Below are positions 13,885 through 27,265 of a stretch of DNA of 64,000 nt, piece by piece. The stretch lies in the NCBI RefSeq assembly GCF_009914755.1, contig NC_060937.1. One strand, given 5' to 3'. The translations under genes and the position numbers were made by a program. The notes under the pieces are model-generated. The model was not told where the DNA came from. It searched no databases and saw only the letters and a list, made by a program, of their open reading frames with translations. How positions within the stretch are numbered: the stretch's first letter is position 1; every line of letters starts with the position of its first letter. Origin of the DNA: the human T2T-CHM13v2.0 reference genome, Homo sapiens.

Positions 13885-14155
13885 TAATATATAACATTTA
13901 TCAAGTTAGTATATGATATGAAATATTTTTATAACACTTGAACTATAAATATACTAGATACTAAATATTAAAATACACTGTTCATCACAAAAATATTTAG
14001 TCATCACAGAAATACTATGAAGTTAGTTGTTATTTTGATCCATATTTTATTGATCAGGAGCCTCAGTCATAAAGAATTTAAATAAAGTTAAGTTCACATA
14101 GCTGGTCAGTTCTGTAGCTGAGTTTCCGCCAGGCACTTTGACTTTACAGCCTGAT
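13885..14155 (-). mobile_element. MIR SINE remnant
   Basis: AACATTTATCAAG..CTATGAAGTTAG..CATATTTTA..AAGTTCACATAGCTGGTCAGT core-like motifs. Confidence 0.55.
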
Positions 14156-17100
14156 ACTACAATAGGATGTTCCTGCCCAGTAGGGCAATGATTCGCTTAG
14201 TCACTTTTAGGATGTGTAGCATGATGATTATTTAATCGAATTCAGTTTCTCACAATACTAATTATTCAGGGAACTGAAGTGTTTTCATCTAGCTTGGAAT
14301 ACACCTCGGGGTAAATCTGTCTCATTCAGGTTACAGAAAGGAAAGTCATTATAGAAAATATCTTGCTTCAGATCAAAGTTTTTGAGCCTGAAGGCAGTGT
14401 ATTACTTTTTCCATACTGTTACCTATTGCATTAGAAAATCATCTGCCTTGTACTTCTTCTAATTGCATACATTTGTCAGCTCAAAGTTGTGCTTGCATTT
14501 GCCTTCTTTTAGTATTTCAAAATATAGTAATAACAGATGTGTGGGTATATCTATATCTATATACATATTTATGTATCAATACATTTATATGAGAACTCAT
14601 ATGTGTTTGTAAACATATACATGACACATATAAGCCCAATAGATTAGTTTCCAAAAAACCTTTGCAGATATCTAGTTCAAGTTCTGGATAAAATATTGTA
14701 GTTGATTCCATTTTTAACAACATTAAATTATCTTAGATTTCATTAACATTTTAAAATCAATTTGCAAATAACTTGAATATTAAAAAGTACATCAGTATAT
14801 ATTTATATATCTGTTTATATATATACACACAAACACACATGTGCATACACAGTCACAATGTCTAAAGTATCTGCAATTAGATATATATATATAATGAAAT
14901 AAAGTTTAAAACGATTATTTTCAGTGTTTTCTGATTAAGAAAAACTTATTGATGGATTTCAAAAAGTATGTTAATCAATATTTTTCTTAAATCTGTTTGC
15001 CAACATTTCACTTTTAGGAGAGATGCAATTGGGGTTAGTAAACAATAATGTATTCACCAAAAGAAACAAAGCACTTTCTATGCACCAACAGAGTACTGTA
15101 CATTCCATATTGTACATATTTATTCTTATAACCTTGGTAACATATGTATATCTCTCTCTATATAATTACTTATATAATTATATATCTCATCTATAAATAT
15201 CTATTATGTATAATATATAACATACATAATGCATATATTTATTGTAACCATTATATTGTGACATTTGACTTGTTTTCAACGTTAACTACTAGTATTCATG
15301 TCTTTAAGAACATTGTTGTAAATGTCTTTTTTCCACTTAGGTATAACTTCACATGTACATTTAAGAACGGAATTGCTGGGTCACAGGGCATGTCTATTTT
15401 CAAATACAAAATATTTCTAAACTGGTTGGATTTGCGAAACATAAATACTTTAAATGGCATTAAATATGTAACTATTATATTTATATTAATTTAGTAATAC
15501 ATATATTATGTAATTAACGCAGTAATAATTTGTGGACTACTTACTACCTGCTGAATGCAAATATTCTAAAACTGAATAAAACATGGTCCCTTTAGGGATG
15601 TCGGTAACAAATTTGTTGCAGTTAATCAAATTACAATAATGTATTCAAATTGACTGTGTCTTTGGCATGTGATATATATTACTAAAATACTCTTTATTGA
15701 AAAGTTTCAGTCAAACAGCAGATGGTTGTGTCTACTAAAATTAGTAATATCAGAATGAATAAAAACTATTTTTTCATTTGATCCAGATACCTGCCTTGTA
15801 CAAACAACACTGAATCATAATTTTCCATTTAGATTTAAATTCTGACATCTTATTCAATTCCAGGTTTTATGAAAATCAGCAACAACAATAAAAAAAGCTA
15901 GCTATGATTTCACAGATATGTATAGCTGAATAGACAGATAAACCACACATAGAGCAAATAAAAAGCACCAATATTCCATTTGAAATTCAAACACATATAT
16001 TCTTTACCACCAACGGTGCATATATTTACGCACTGTTATACTGTTAAATCTTGGACGCTATTTATCTAAGCCTTGAAAATAATTTAGAAGATTATTTAGA
16101 TCCACAAAATATCATTACCTTATTTTTAAATAATCTTTAATGGACACATGACCAGTCTCAAGCACTGCCAAAAACATGCATGTATTTAGACAAAATATAT
16201 TACATGAAGAAATGTAGCCTCATATGTTCTCACACCTATATGAGACAGCTTAATTTTACTCAAATATTGCATCTAATTGGTCCAAGAATTTTATGTATTT
16301 TTGCTGATTATCATAAAGGAAATTCATCAAAATCATTTACTCTTTATGGCATTAGCTCAGGCCTCTCTTCTAGTTTGTTTGTACTATTACAATGAATTCC
16401 TGATTCATCTGCTGTCAGTCTTTTTCAACTTCATTTTTTCATATCTTCTCCTCCATTTATTCTGAAATGTGGGTATCGTCAAGTTATTAGCTGGTAAAAC
16501 ACTTGAAGAGCTCTCAATCCATATAAATGTAATTCACACACCCACAGTATTGCACAGTTTCAAACACTAAGCATGGATAAAAATATTTGCTAGGGTAGTG
16601 AATGCAAAATAGAAGAGGCAATCATTAAAAACTGTTATAAATTAAATATTTCATTAATAGATTCCAGTTTCTTTCATACAACATGGAGAATTTAAATTCT
16701 CATTAAATTTATGTTTCCATCTTATAGAAAATTATTTCAGTTACTGCCCAATTCCCAGGCAAGTTTTTTTTTTCCCACTTTATGCCAAAAATTTTATACT
16801 ACCTCAACACCAAACTTTGTAATTTTTGGACAACTCTGAGTTAGACTCCAATTAGGATTAGTGTGTATATTTCTAAAGAGATGTTTATAATAACTGCAAT
16901 TAGGTTTAAAGTTATGATTTATCCTAAAGCCACATATTTTTTATTTTGCATATACTTATAATGCTATATGATAATTACTATAGCGATTAGCATGTATCAT
17001 TATAAGTCATGCTGATTGCACTGACTAGGATACAATAGTAGGTCAAGCATATTTAGCATAACTTACTCATCAAGGACTCATTTGATAGATATTGAGTACT

Positions 17101-18060
17101 TATCCTGTGTCAGGCATCATTCATGTCAAAATTTGTATTAGGCGGCCCAGTTATTTGTGTTACTATAAACATCATTGCATCTCCAATCAGAATCAAAAGA
17201 AACATGTAAATACAAATGTTCTTTTGTCATGTGCTGTATTAATATGGAACATTTTTAAAGTAATTTTTATGTCTTTACATTTCTATCACTACCTTTTATG
17301 CTTTAAGTGTTGTAAAGAGATCAAACCAACAAAAGATATTTATTATAAGCCAATATTTTTTTTCAGAAACTACTAATTTTTGCTGGTTTGTTTCCTTCTT
17401 ATTCCCACTTGATGCTTAGAATGTGGCAGTATGATTTGATATCTGACCATAAGTTTAAAAAAGTAAAGAACAATCTAATCATAGCACAAATTCATGGGGA
17501 TAATTCATTTAGTAGAAATTTAGACAATTGTAATAAAATTGCAAGTTTCAGCATTAAAAATGATTTTTAGTTTTTGTGGATTCGTAAATAGAAGTTGAAA
17601 ATTTCTGTGTCAGATTCTTAGAGCTGTACATTGTATAACACTCTCTTGATTCACCTGTACAACATTTTATCCCAGTTTTTTGGATTACATTGAGTTAGAA
17701 AAATATCCCTTTGGGAAACTTGATTTTACATTGGAATTGAACATATTGTATTTATAGTTTTTCTATGTATTTTAATATTAACAGTTGAAGGAATGCTAAA
17801 TGTTATTAAGTCTAAAATGCAAAAGAACGTACTACATTTTTTACTGAATTATGTTTAATTTTCAACATGCTTATAGTATTGTTGAATGTACATAGCTTTG
17901 AAAAAAACTGTACAATCTTTCTTCAGTTGCTTTAATACAAAGTTTATTTTAAATATTACCAAGTAAAAGGATTAATTTTAGCTGAAATTGAAGTCACTTA
18001 AGAAACTTAGAAGGGAATTAATATGATACATATGCTTATCTCTTGCCATTCTCAGTAAAA

Positions 18061-18092
18061 TTATTGTTATTATTATTATTATTATTATTATT
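18061..18092. repeat. (TTA)n tract, probable decayed poly(A) tail of the adjacent retrocopy
   Basis: TTATTGTTATTATTATTATTATTATTATTATT lies about 10 nt from a minus-strand AATAAA. Confidence 0.85.
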
Positions 18093-18665
18093 GGATCAAT
18101 TTTTATTTGGGCTTCTCACAGTGGTTAGAGCCACTCTGTTTTCAGAACAATCACAGCACAGGAAATGTGTCACTGAGACTGCCCAGAGCAGTCTGACCAG
18201 CTGTATCTTATCACTTAAAATGCATATATTCACAATCACTGACAAAGGGTAAAGTGCCTCACACAGGAATGTGTTTATATTTGCAAATCTTCCGACCGAC
18301 TGTAGCATCAAACCCTCCACCAACCTCATTCACCTGGAAAACTAGTCTCAGTCACATCTCCCTGGCCCCCTAAGGACTCCTTCAGCTCCCTATTAAATCT
18401 CTTCCTGAGTAGGGCAGCCTCCTGCAGTGGGGGCCAGACTGAGACTCTGGAATCAATCCCAGCTCTGCAGGTTGCATTTCAGTCTTCCGGTGCCTTTAGG
18501 GTAAGATGCTTCAATGAATCCCACAGTTAACAGTCACCCAGTTCCCCACTCTAACTGGGGAAAGGAACTCGAGAGGGTCAGAATTCATCCATTTGATCAA
18601 TTCACTGAAAAGGGATTAATTTTGGTAAAACTTGTTTGCCTTTGAGACACTTCAGTCAGATATCT
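18093..18665 (-). pseudogene. Probable processed pseudogene: 5'-truncated copy of an mRNA 3' UTR
   Basis: About 570-bp GC-richer island matching no repeat I know; minus strand ends ...GAGAAGCCCAAATAAAAATTGATCC then an A-rich tail. Resembles the TATDN2 3' end from memory only (unverified); TSD unresolved. Confidence 0.6.
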
Positions 18666-18977
18666 AAAACATAAGACACATACTAACCTATAATTGTTAT
18701 ATTTTTCTATTGGTATTAAATAGAAATAAAGATATACATAAGTACTTGTAAACAGATCATAAACAATTATATTTGTGCTATAGCCCCATTGACTTTTTTA
18801 TTATTTCTAGAAATAATGCTGATCCTTTGTAACATTGTGATTTGCATACAAATTGTGGTTGGTTGATATTTATCTATTAAGTTTGAAATAAATAAGATCA
18901 CATATATGTTATAAGTGCATGTGATTTATTATTAAACATGTCTAATCATGGCAGCAAAGACTTAACATGTTTCTATA

Positions 18978-19378
18978 GGTTGCTATGTTCCCTGCAAAAC
19001 TCACACTAAAATTTGATTCCCAATGTGGTAATGTTGGGAGGTGTGGGGCCCAGTGGAAGGTGTTTGAGTCATGAGGGTTGATCTCTCATGAAGAGATTAA
19101 CGCCCTCCCACAGGGGTGAGGAAATTCTTGCTCTCTCAAGGTTGAGATGATAAAAAGAGTCTGGCTTCTGTAGTTTTTCTCTTTTGCTTCCGCTCTGACC
19201 TTGTGATCCTTTTCCGCTTTGTGCCTTGAGGTGTACCAGCCTGAGGCCCTCACCAGATATGGACATCCAATCTTGAGCTTTCCAGCCACAAGAAGAGTCA
19301 GCCGAATAGTCTTTTCTTTATAAACTCCATCTTTATATCTCAGTTTTTCTGTTACAGCAGCACTAAATGGACTAACAT
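18978..19378 (+). mobile_element. MST-family MaLR solo LTR
   Basis: CCCAATGTGGTAATGTTGGGAGGTG..GTTTGAGTCATGAGGG..GGCCCTCACCAGAT..GTTACAGCAGCACTAAATGGACTAA. Confidence 0.85.
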
Positions 19379-19396
19379 ATGTGTCAAGGACTTTTA

Positions 19397-19473
19397 TTAG
19401 GTTGGCGCAAAAGTAATCGCAGCCTTCGCAATGAAAAGTAATCGCAAAACCCACATTATTTTGCATTAACTTA
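19397..19473. mobile_element. MADE1 (Hsmar1 mariner-derived MITE)
   Basis: TA + TTAGGTTGGCGCAAAAGTAATCGC ... GCAAAACCCACATTATTTTGCATTAACTTA; about 80-bp imperfect palindrome matching MADE1. Confidence 0.85.
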
Positions 19474-20766
19474 TACTATACAAATAATTAGAACATTTTA
19501 TCTGAGAAAGTTTTTTTTGTTTGTTTGTTTTTGTTTAAGAAAGAGTCAAAGTCTAGTGCCTGTTTGTGGGAGATGGAGTAAAATATACCATTTTTCTTCT
19601 AATAGCCTCTTTAATTATTTACCACCATTACCAACATTATATGACTCTTTCATTTTGGTCCCTAATTTCATAAATAAAACATTATAATTTTACTAAAATA
19701 AAATAACTTCTTCATAGGGTTGAAAAAAGAATGAAAATCAATAACTGTTGATGTGTATGAAGTATTCAATACATTTACCTTTATTAATATTATTATCATT
19801 ACTGATTATTTCTATGTGTGTTACTCTACACCAGATAAAAATTTTAAATCTAAGTGAGGTATAATATAGGTTCTTTCATTAAATTATTATAAAACGTATT
19901 TTGGAACCAAAATATTTATAAATAGATTAGAATACAGACACATACATATATATGTACATGTATACATATATATGTACCCATATTCATGTATAAATAAAAA
20001 CATTTAGATAATAGCTGAATTATAAAAACTTTTATAAACTATGTGTTTTCATAAATTTTTCTAAAATTATAATTTCTAAAATCATACTTCTTGTCCAGTA
20101 CATATTATCAATGGAAGAAATGTACAAAACATATTGTAATTCCCATTGCTAAATGATTAGATCTCAAAACAGAAAGAAAAAAAAAGGGCTAAGAATGAAC
20201 AAGTTTGAAAGGGGAGTTTGGCTTTCTTTGTTTTCTCTTTTCTTCTTTTTTAAATATCCACATTAGACATGTGACTGTCTTCCTCTTACATTGGAAAAGT
20301 AAATAACTCCACCTGGGCTATTCTGCATACCCGGACAGTCAACACAGACAAATTTGAACCTCCACCGTGCATATATTTTCTGTCAGGGATTGCATTGTTA
20401 TCCTCTTGTTGTTAATTTCTCGTCAGTCTTAAATCAAAAACTGAAGGGTGAGACCTTTTCATTACCTTATAACTTCCTCTATAGACAAAATGGTGAAGTT
20501 TACACAAAAATAATGGTTACTTTATTATTAATAATTATTATTTTTATATTGTTTATCTTCTTAGAGAAAAGTAATGCTTACAATTTCTCAAAGACAGAAT
20601 CATTGTTGGCTACAGTTTTTAAAAGAGAGAAGTTGGAGCAATGGTAGGACTGAAAAAAGAATAAGCTATATCACCCCCACCTGGCAAACAAAGTTGCGAC
20701 TAAATTCTAGGTTCTAATTTTCAATGGTTTTGTAGAGCCTGCAGTCTCCTTCTAGGGTTTGAAACT

Positions 20767-21140
20767 GTAGCAACACCAGACCTATTTGGTTTAGCTTTTA
20801 TGTGACAAAGTGGTAAGTTGTTTTTCACTTGCTGTGGCCCCTCAGATTGGTGGAACCAAGCCTGTAACCTCAGGGGGAATCTAAGTGCTAGGACTGAGGA
20901 GTGGGGACAGAATTAAGAAGTGGATTCCACATGACAGGATCCAAGATCTAACCAGATCAAGCTCTGGCTTCACCCCATGGCAGGATCCAGTCAGGTACTT
21001 TCTCTTGACATCACCTCATTGCAAGATACAATCAGATCATGCCTCATTTTCTGATGTTTCTGCTTACTTGCAAGTAATAAAATCTCCTTACTAAATCCTC
21101 CTTGGTTGTGATCATTGGGCTGATACCCACCAAGTGACGG
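20767..21140 (+). mobile_element. ERVL-type LTR (LTR32-like)
   Basis: Begins TGTAGCAACACCAGACC; internal repeats ATGGCAGGATCCAGTCAG / ATGACAGGATCCAAGATC / GCAAGATACAATCAGATC; AATAAA near 21076. Subfamily from recall. Confidence 0.65.
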
Positions 21141-21454
21141 AATTATTAGTGAGCATATAGTCTCACTCTGGAGTTTGATTAAAATTTTTGTAATAGAAAT
21201 ATACCCACAGATAATTCCTAAAGCTTGATTTCATTGATATTTAAAAACAAATATATTTATAAACATTGTGTATTTAATTGTGAGTCAAGAACTCATTTTT
21301 AAGACTTTCTTTTCATATTATATTAGCATTCTAACCAGAAGTGTGTTTTTATTTTCAATTTTTTTTCAAAATACTATCTCAAATGTAATAATATTACCCT
21401 ATGGAAATCCTTTTTAACTGCAAATATTCAGCATTGAGTCAGAATTTATCGAAA

Positions 21455-21957
21455 ACTGCTATTTCAGTTAGCATCCCATCATAAAACCAATAGTCTGTTC
21501 CAAGTAAAGTAATTAGTAGAAAAATTTAAGGGGTCATTTATGAAAGAGTGGATGAGGTATAGAAGAACACAAAGGAGAGAGCAGTTACTGTCATGGAGCT
21601 GTGACTGCTTCCTGGAGAAAGAGGGTTCATGCTGGTTACTAGAATCTAGAATCCAGAAATACAGTACTGTGTCCTTGAGGAATACAGTGTTCTGGGAAGA
21701 AGTAGTAAATTACACACAAGTGCATAGCAGAAGTGGCTATTGAACAGGAGAGACTCATGAGAATAAATAATTGAATCTACACTTATTCCCTTTCTTTAGT
21801 GTTCTTCTAGGGCTCCTCATTGACCAAAGCAAACTGAAAGCCAGAGATCAAGGATGCTACTAGGTGGAGCTCATATAGGTCAGCCGCTCAAAACACAGGG
21901 AAGGGTGAAGAAGAATGGATAATAGATCCTGGATGTGAAAGGAAAAAAAATTGTGAC
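21455..21957 (-). mobile_element. Old ERVL LTR (LTR33-like)
   Basis: AAGCCAGAGATCAAGGATGC..CATATAGGTCAGCC..AGGGTGAAGAAGAATGGATAATAGATC matches recalled antisense LTR33 end. Confidence 0.55.
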
Positions 21958-23014
21958 ACTCCGTTTTTAATAAGAATGTATCAGTTCAATCACTATCAGT
22001 TTGCAGATGTACATTAAATAATAACAAGCAAGTTACTTGGTTTGAATTAGATATGATTACCATATAGCATACTTACTTTCAAAAACCAGAAAATACGTAA
22101 AGAAAACTTACAGTAATATGAGTGTCATAACAAGAGTGGAAATGAAAAATACTATAAGTACTGTAAATAGAGCATAGAACAACTGATGACAGAGTAAATC
22201 AATCTCTACATTTAGCAAAAATGTTTATAACAAGAAGAAAGCAAATGAAGATTATTTTGTTTTAATCTTAAGATGCATTAGTTAGGAGTTTGAAAAGAAG
22301 GTAATACTAAAAGTGAAAAATAAAATCTCTGTGTAATGGTTTGTTTCACATTGCTTGTTCAACCCCAAAACTGGGGTTCTACAAAATTCTCCTATTTAGC
22401 TTGACTGACCTGCATATCCAATCTTACGCGATGCTGGTATTGTCCTGAGTTCCACTTTCATCAGTTATCCACTCTGTAGCTGGACAGTGATTACACAGTC
22501 AAAAGTTGATTACCATTAGTTTTTATAACTTCACTGTCTTTCAACTAGATTCCTAATTATTTGTCCCTGTATATATGATTGTATAAGTGTTTGCGGTATT
22601 TTCCCCGTAAGAGTAATTCTCTTTAGAGATTTTCTCTGTTGATTCAGAGCCAGTCTTGGCAGCTACACTAGTAATTTTTCTTTAATTTCAACAAATGTTA
22701 TAGAAGAAGATATGCCAAGTTGTGACTTGTTCTTTTCCAGGTCTAATTGGATATATCCAAAATATATCACAACTTCTGTCAAAGTGTCAAATATGAACAT
22801 AAAAACAATCTCAAGTTTAGATCCAAAGTGTTTGTATTTGACTTAACAGGTTGTAGGAAAATATGTAATATTTTGAAGACATAGTAGGAACTGAGCTTTA
22901 GAGAAATGATTAAGATGATAATATATTATCTTATTATCAAAAAGGTTTGGGCAATTTCAGAATGGAAGTTGGCAGGGAAACTATAAGTCAGAAAAGGTTT
23001 GAGTATGTGAAAGG

Positions 23015-23345
23015 AACCAGGAACACACAAACCTCAATGGATTAAAATAATTAAATTATTTTTATAATACATTTCCATCATATTTCAGTGAAAAGTCTCT
23101 GCTCATTGTGGTCTTTGAGAAATGTAGGTGACAAAAGCTACATCTCAAAACATGCCACCGTGATTACAAAAGCGGGGGACAGAAGATAAGGTGAATAGCA
23201 CTAACATGTCTGCCCAGAATGATGACACATCACTTCAACTTACGTTTTCTTGGGTTAAATAAAATAACATGGCCAAGTCTAGTTCTTATGGGAAAAGATT
23301 AAAATTATATGTACAAAAAAGCAAAATCAGGCACCCAATGAGAAG
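23015..23345 (-). mobile_element. Old MLT1-like LTR fragment
   Basis: TCTGCCCAGAATGATGACACATCACTTC..AACATGGCCAAGTCTA motif; heavily diverged. Confidence 0.4.
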
Positions 23346-23779
23346 ACCGCACACAACTTAGAGTCAAATAATAAGAGTTTTCTAAAGAGAGTTGGTTGCA
23401 ATGATAATGTCAAGAATAAAATTGATTAAATAGGAATTTTTAGGTACAATCTGTAGGACATGAGACAGTGTTTGCACTTTTGCTTAGATCTATTTTTAGT
23501 ATGTACATGTGTTTCCTCTTTGCTTCCTAACTTCTAACTTCAGCATCTAATACAGACTTGGCTACCAATAGGGTATGAGAGACATAGAATAAAATTAACT
23601 AAAAAAAACTTTGCACCTCACAACCTGACTATCCAAATGGCTATTGGTGCAATTGTTTTAAAAGAAACAAATTCTTGCTTCTTTTACAGGGAACTCACTT
23701 TACAGAGGAGCTCACTTGAAGAAAAAAGATACACTTTTAAAAATTTTATTTCATTTCGTGTATTTTACTTTATTTTATT

Positions 23780-24845
23780 CACATTAAAATACACAGTTAA
23801 CGTTATTAGGCATAAAGAAAATACTTTTTTTTCTACTCCCACACCCCTGCTTCAAGGAAAATACATATTAAAATCAGAATTCAATAAAGCCTATAATTTT
23901 TTGAGGCAGAAAATGACAATTTTTGGTAAGACTGTGGAGCAATTGATTTCTGTATATTGCTGGTAGGAATGTACATTGATACAATTATTTTGAGAATTGT
24001 TTGGCAGTATTTACTCAAACTAGACACACACCCACCTTAGGACCTAGCAACTCCACACATAACAACTGCAATCACGCATTTATTCTGCAAAATATATGGA
24101 CAAGAATATTCTGGCCCACGTGGTGGCTCACTCCTGTAATCCTAACACTTTGGGAGGCCAAGGCAGGAGGATCACGAGGTCAGGAGATCGAAACCATCCT
24201 GGCTAACACGGTGAAACTCCGTCTCTACTAAAAATACAAAAAGTTAGTCGGGTATGGTGGCACGTGCCTGTAGTCCCAACTATTAGGGAAGCTGAGGCAG
24301 GAGAATTGCTTCAACCCGGGAGGCGGAGGTTACAGTGAGCCAACATCATGCCACTGTGCTTCAGCCTGGGCGACAGAGCGAGATTCTGTCACACACACAC
24401 ACACACACACACACAAATATTCTTAGTAGTGCTATTTATAATTGCCCAAATCTGAAAACTACCCAAATGACCATCAAGAGCAGAATGAATAAATAAATTG
24501 TGCTATTTTTTCATAGTGGAATATAAACAGTAATAAGAAACAAACTACAGCTGCACATAAGAACAAATTTCCCAAACATATTGAATGAAAAAAGTCATAC
24601 ACAAAATAATACATTTTAGGTGATTCCGTTAGTATAAAGATCAAAACCAGACAAAGCTAATCTGTGATGTAAAAAATCAGAAAAAGTGATTTTCCTCTGG
24701 GAGAATGAAGTGACTTGGAAGGTTTTCAAAAATGTTTCTGGGTATTGGTGGTGTTATGTTTTTTGGTCTTGGTGCTGGATTACATGTAGTTTCTGTAAAT
24801 TTATTCATCTGTACATTTTCTATTGGTATACTTTATGTTATGCTT
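23780..24845 (+). mobile_element. L1ME-like 3' end, interrupted by Alu
   Basis: TTGCTGGTAGGAATGTA..TTTGGCAGTAT..GACCTAGCAACTCCAC..CCCAAATGACCATCAA..TGATTCCGTTAGTATAAAG. Confidence 0.75.
24113..24415 (+). mobile_element. AluSc/Y-like with (CA)n tail
   Basis: Complete dimer; tail is about 12 CA units; TSD AATATTCT on both sides. Confidence 0.94.
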
Positions 24846-25299
24846 TAGCAGAATTTTATTAATGTTATACAGATTTAATTTGATTAAGAGTACTCTTATA
24901 AATTTAGTAATAAATAGTGTTTATTTTGAATGAAAAGTCTAAGTGTATTTTAAAATACAACAGATTTTACTTTTATTTTCTCTTAGGCAAACTAACATAT
25001 TGAGAATAATACAAAGTAGTTACGGATGCAAATGCTTACATCAGACAAAATGTGTCTCCCATTTTCACTTTTTACTATATTATTGTACTGTAAATATTTG
25101 ATTTTAAATAAGAAAATCACATGCTCAAGATGGAAAGATTAACTTTTTAGGTATCCAGACTGACATGGAAACTGAACAGGGAAGTGAACCTAAATATAAA
25201 TATAAACATTTTAGAATCAGTAGCCTGAAAGTAATAGTTAAATTCCTGACAAACCAAAGTCTATTTACTCACTCAATTTGAAATGTTATCAACCAGTGA

Positions 25300-25673
<374 letters not shown>

Positions 25674-25977
25674 ACAATTCTTTTAATGACCTAAAATTCT
25701 GTAACTGTATTTGACTAAAAAAAGAGGGAGATTTTTCAATGTGATTTTAAACTGTAAACTCAAATTAGAATACAACAACCAAAATTACATGAAATCACAT
25801 CTTATCCATCTGTCTGCTTGGGAGTTAAATCAAAATACTTTGCAAGGTGGAGATAAATTTAACTTTTATGTCTAATTTAAAATGGAGAGAGTTGGAATCA
25901 CCTGTTTTAATGTCAAAAAAGAGGCAAATATACCAACTGAAGTTACAATGCTCCATGATTTTTTTTCTAACTATTAT

Positions 25978-26462
25978 CAATGAGATCCCGTCTTTTGCAA
26001 TGACATAAATGGAACTGGAGATCATTATGTTAAGTGAAATAAGCCAGGCTCAGAAAGACCAACATTGCATGTTCTCACTTATTTGTGGAATCTAAAAATC
26101 AAAACAATTGAACTCATGGATACAGAGAGTAGAAGTATGGTTTCCAGATGCTGGATAGGGTAGGGGAGGCCTGGGGGTAGGGAAGCGGGGATGGGTAATG
26201 GGCACAGACAAACATAAAAAGAATGAATAAGACCTACTATTTGATAGTACAACAGGGTAACTGTGGTCAATAATAACTTAGTTGTACATTTTAAAATAAC
26301 TTAATGAAATTGGATTGTTTGTATCTCAAAGGATAAATGTTTGAAGGATGGATACTTCATTCTGTGATATATTTATTTCACATTGCATACCTGTATCAAA
26401 ACATCCCATGTACCCCAGAAATGTATACACCTGCTATGTACCCATAAAAATTAATTTTTTTA
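25978..26462 (+). mobile_element. L1MA (L1MA1-3-like) 3' end
   Basis: GGAACTGGAGATCATTATGTTAAGTGAAATAAGCCAGG..AAAACAATTGAACTCATGGA..GAATGAATAAGACCTACTATTTGATAG. Confidence 0.88.
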
Positions 26463-26810
26463 AAATTATAAACTTTATAAAAATCATAGTTTTTTCATCT
26501 AATCGATATTAAAAAACATTGCATTATGACGGTAACAACTGAAAAAGCCATCTTGGAAACACAGGTATCATTTCACTTTATATCAATTGATTCTACCGAC
26601 AGCTAATTCGTTAGCACTAAAAATCAGCTTCATTTTACGTTCTTTTTAGATCAGATTTTAGATAACAGTAACTGACCAGAAATTGGATTTGTTAAGCTAT
26701 TAGTTAGATTAACAAAGAAAAAATAATAATCTGACATGACATTCCTCCTTTTTAAAGAAAATGATATATGAAACTTGGAAGCTATTACTTTAATAATTAC
26801 CGTAGCTTTT

Positions 26811-27265
26811 ATTTATTTATTAAATTTATGATTGGCACATAATAATTTTACATATTTATGGGGTAAACCTATTGTTACAATACATGTATGCATTGTGTAA
26901 TGATCAACTCGGGGTAATCAACATATCTATCACTTTGAACATTTATCGTTTATTTGTGATGAGGACCTAAATCACTCTTACAGGTATTTTGAAATATACA
27001 ATAAAATATTGCTAACTCCAGTTATTCCAGTATATAATAGAACACCAAAACTTATTTCTCCTAACAATTGCTTGGTACATATTGGTCAAGCTCTCACCAT
27101 ATCCCTCATTCTCATAACCTCCAAATCCTCTGGTAACCACTATTATATTTTCTACTTCTATGAGAACAACTCTTTAAATTTCACATATAAGTGAAATCAT
27201 GCAATATTTATCTTTCTGTTAGTGGTTTACTTCACTTTGGATAAACTTGGAGAACATTATGGTTC
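26811..27265 (-). mobile_element. L1MA 3' end with about 24-bp 5' inversion
   Basis: Antisense L1MA 3' UTR to 27237, then sense TGGATAAACTTGGAGAACATTATG; AGCTTTT repeated at 26804 and 27266. Confidence 0.8.

Noticed and set aside
22725-24990. Isolated splice-acceptor-like sites (about 22740, 23688, 24986)
   Set aside because: No convincing paired donor or reading frame; expected by chance in T-rich DNA
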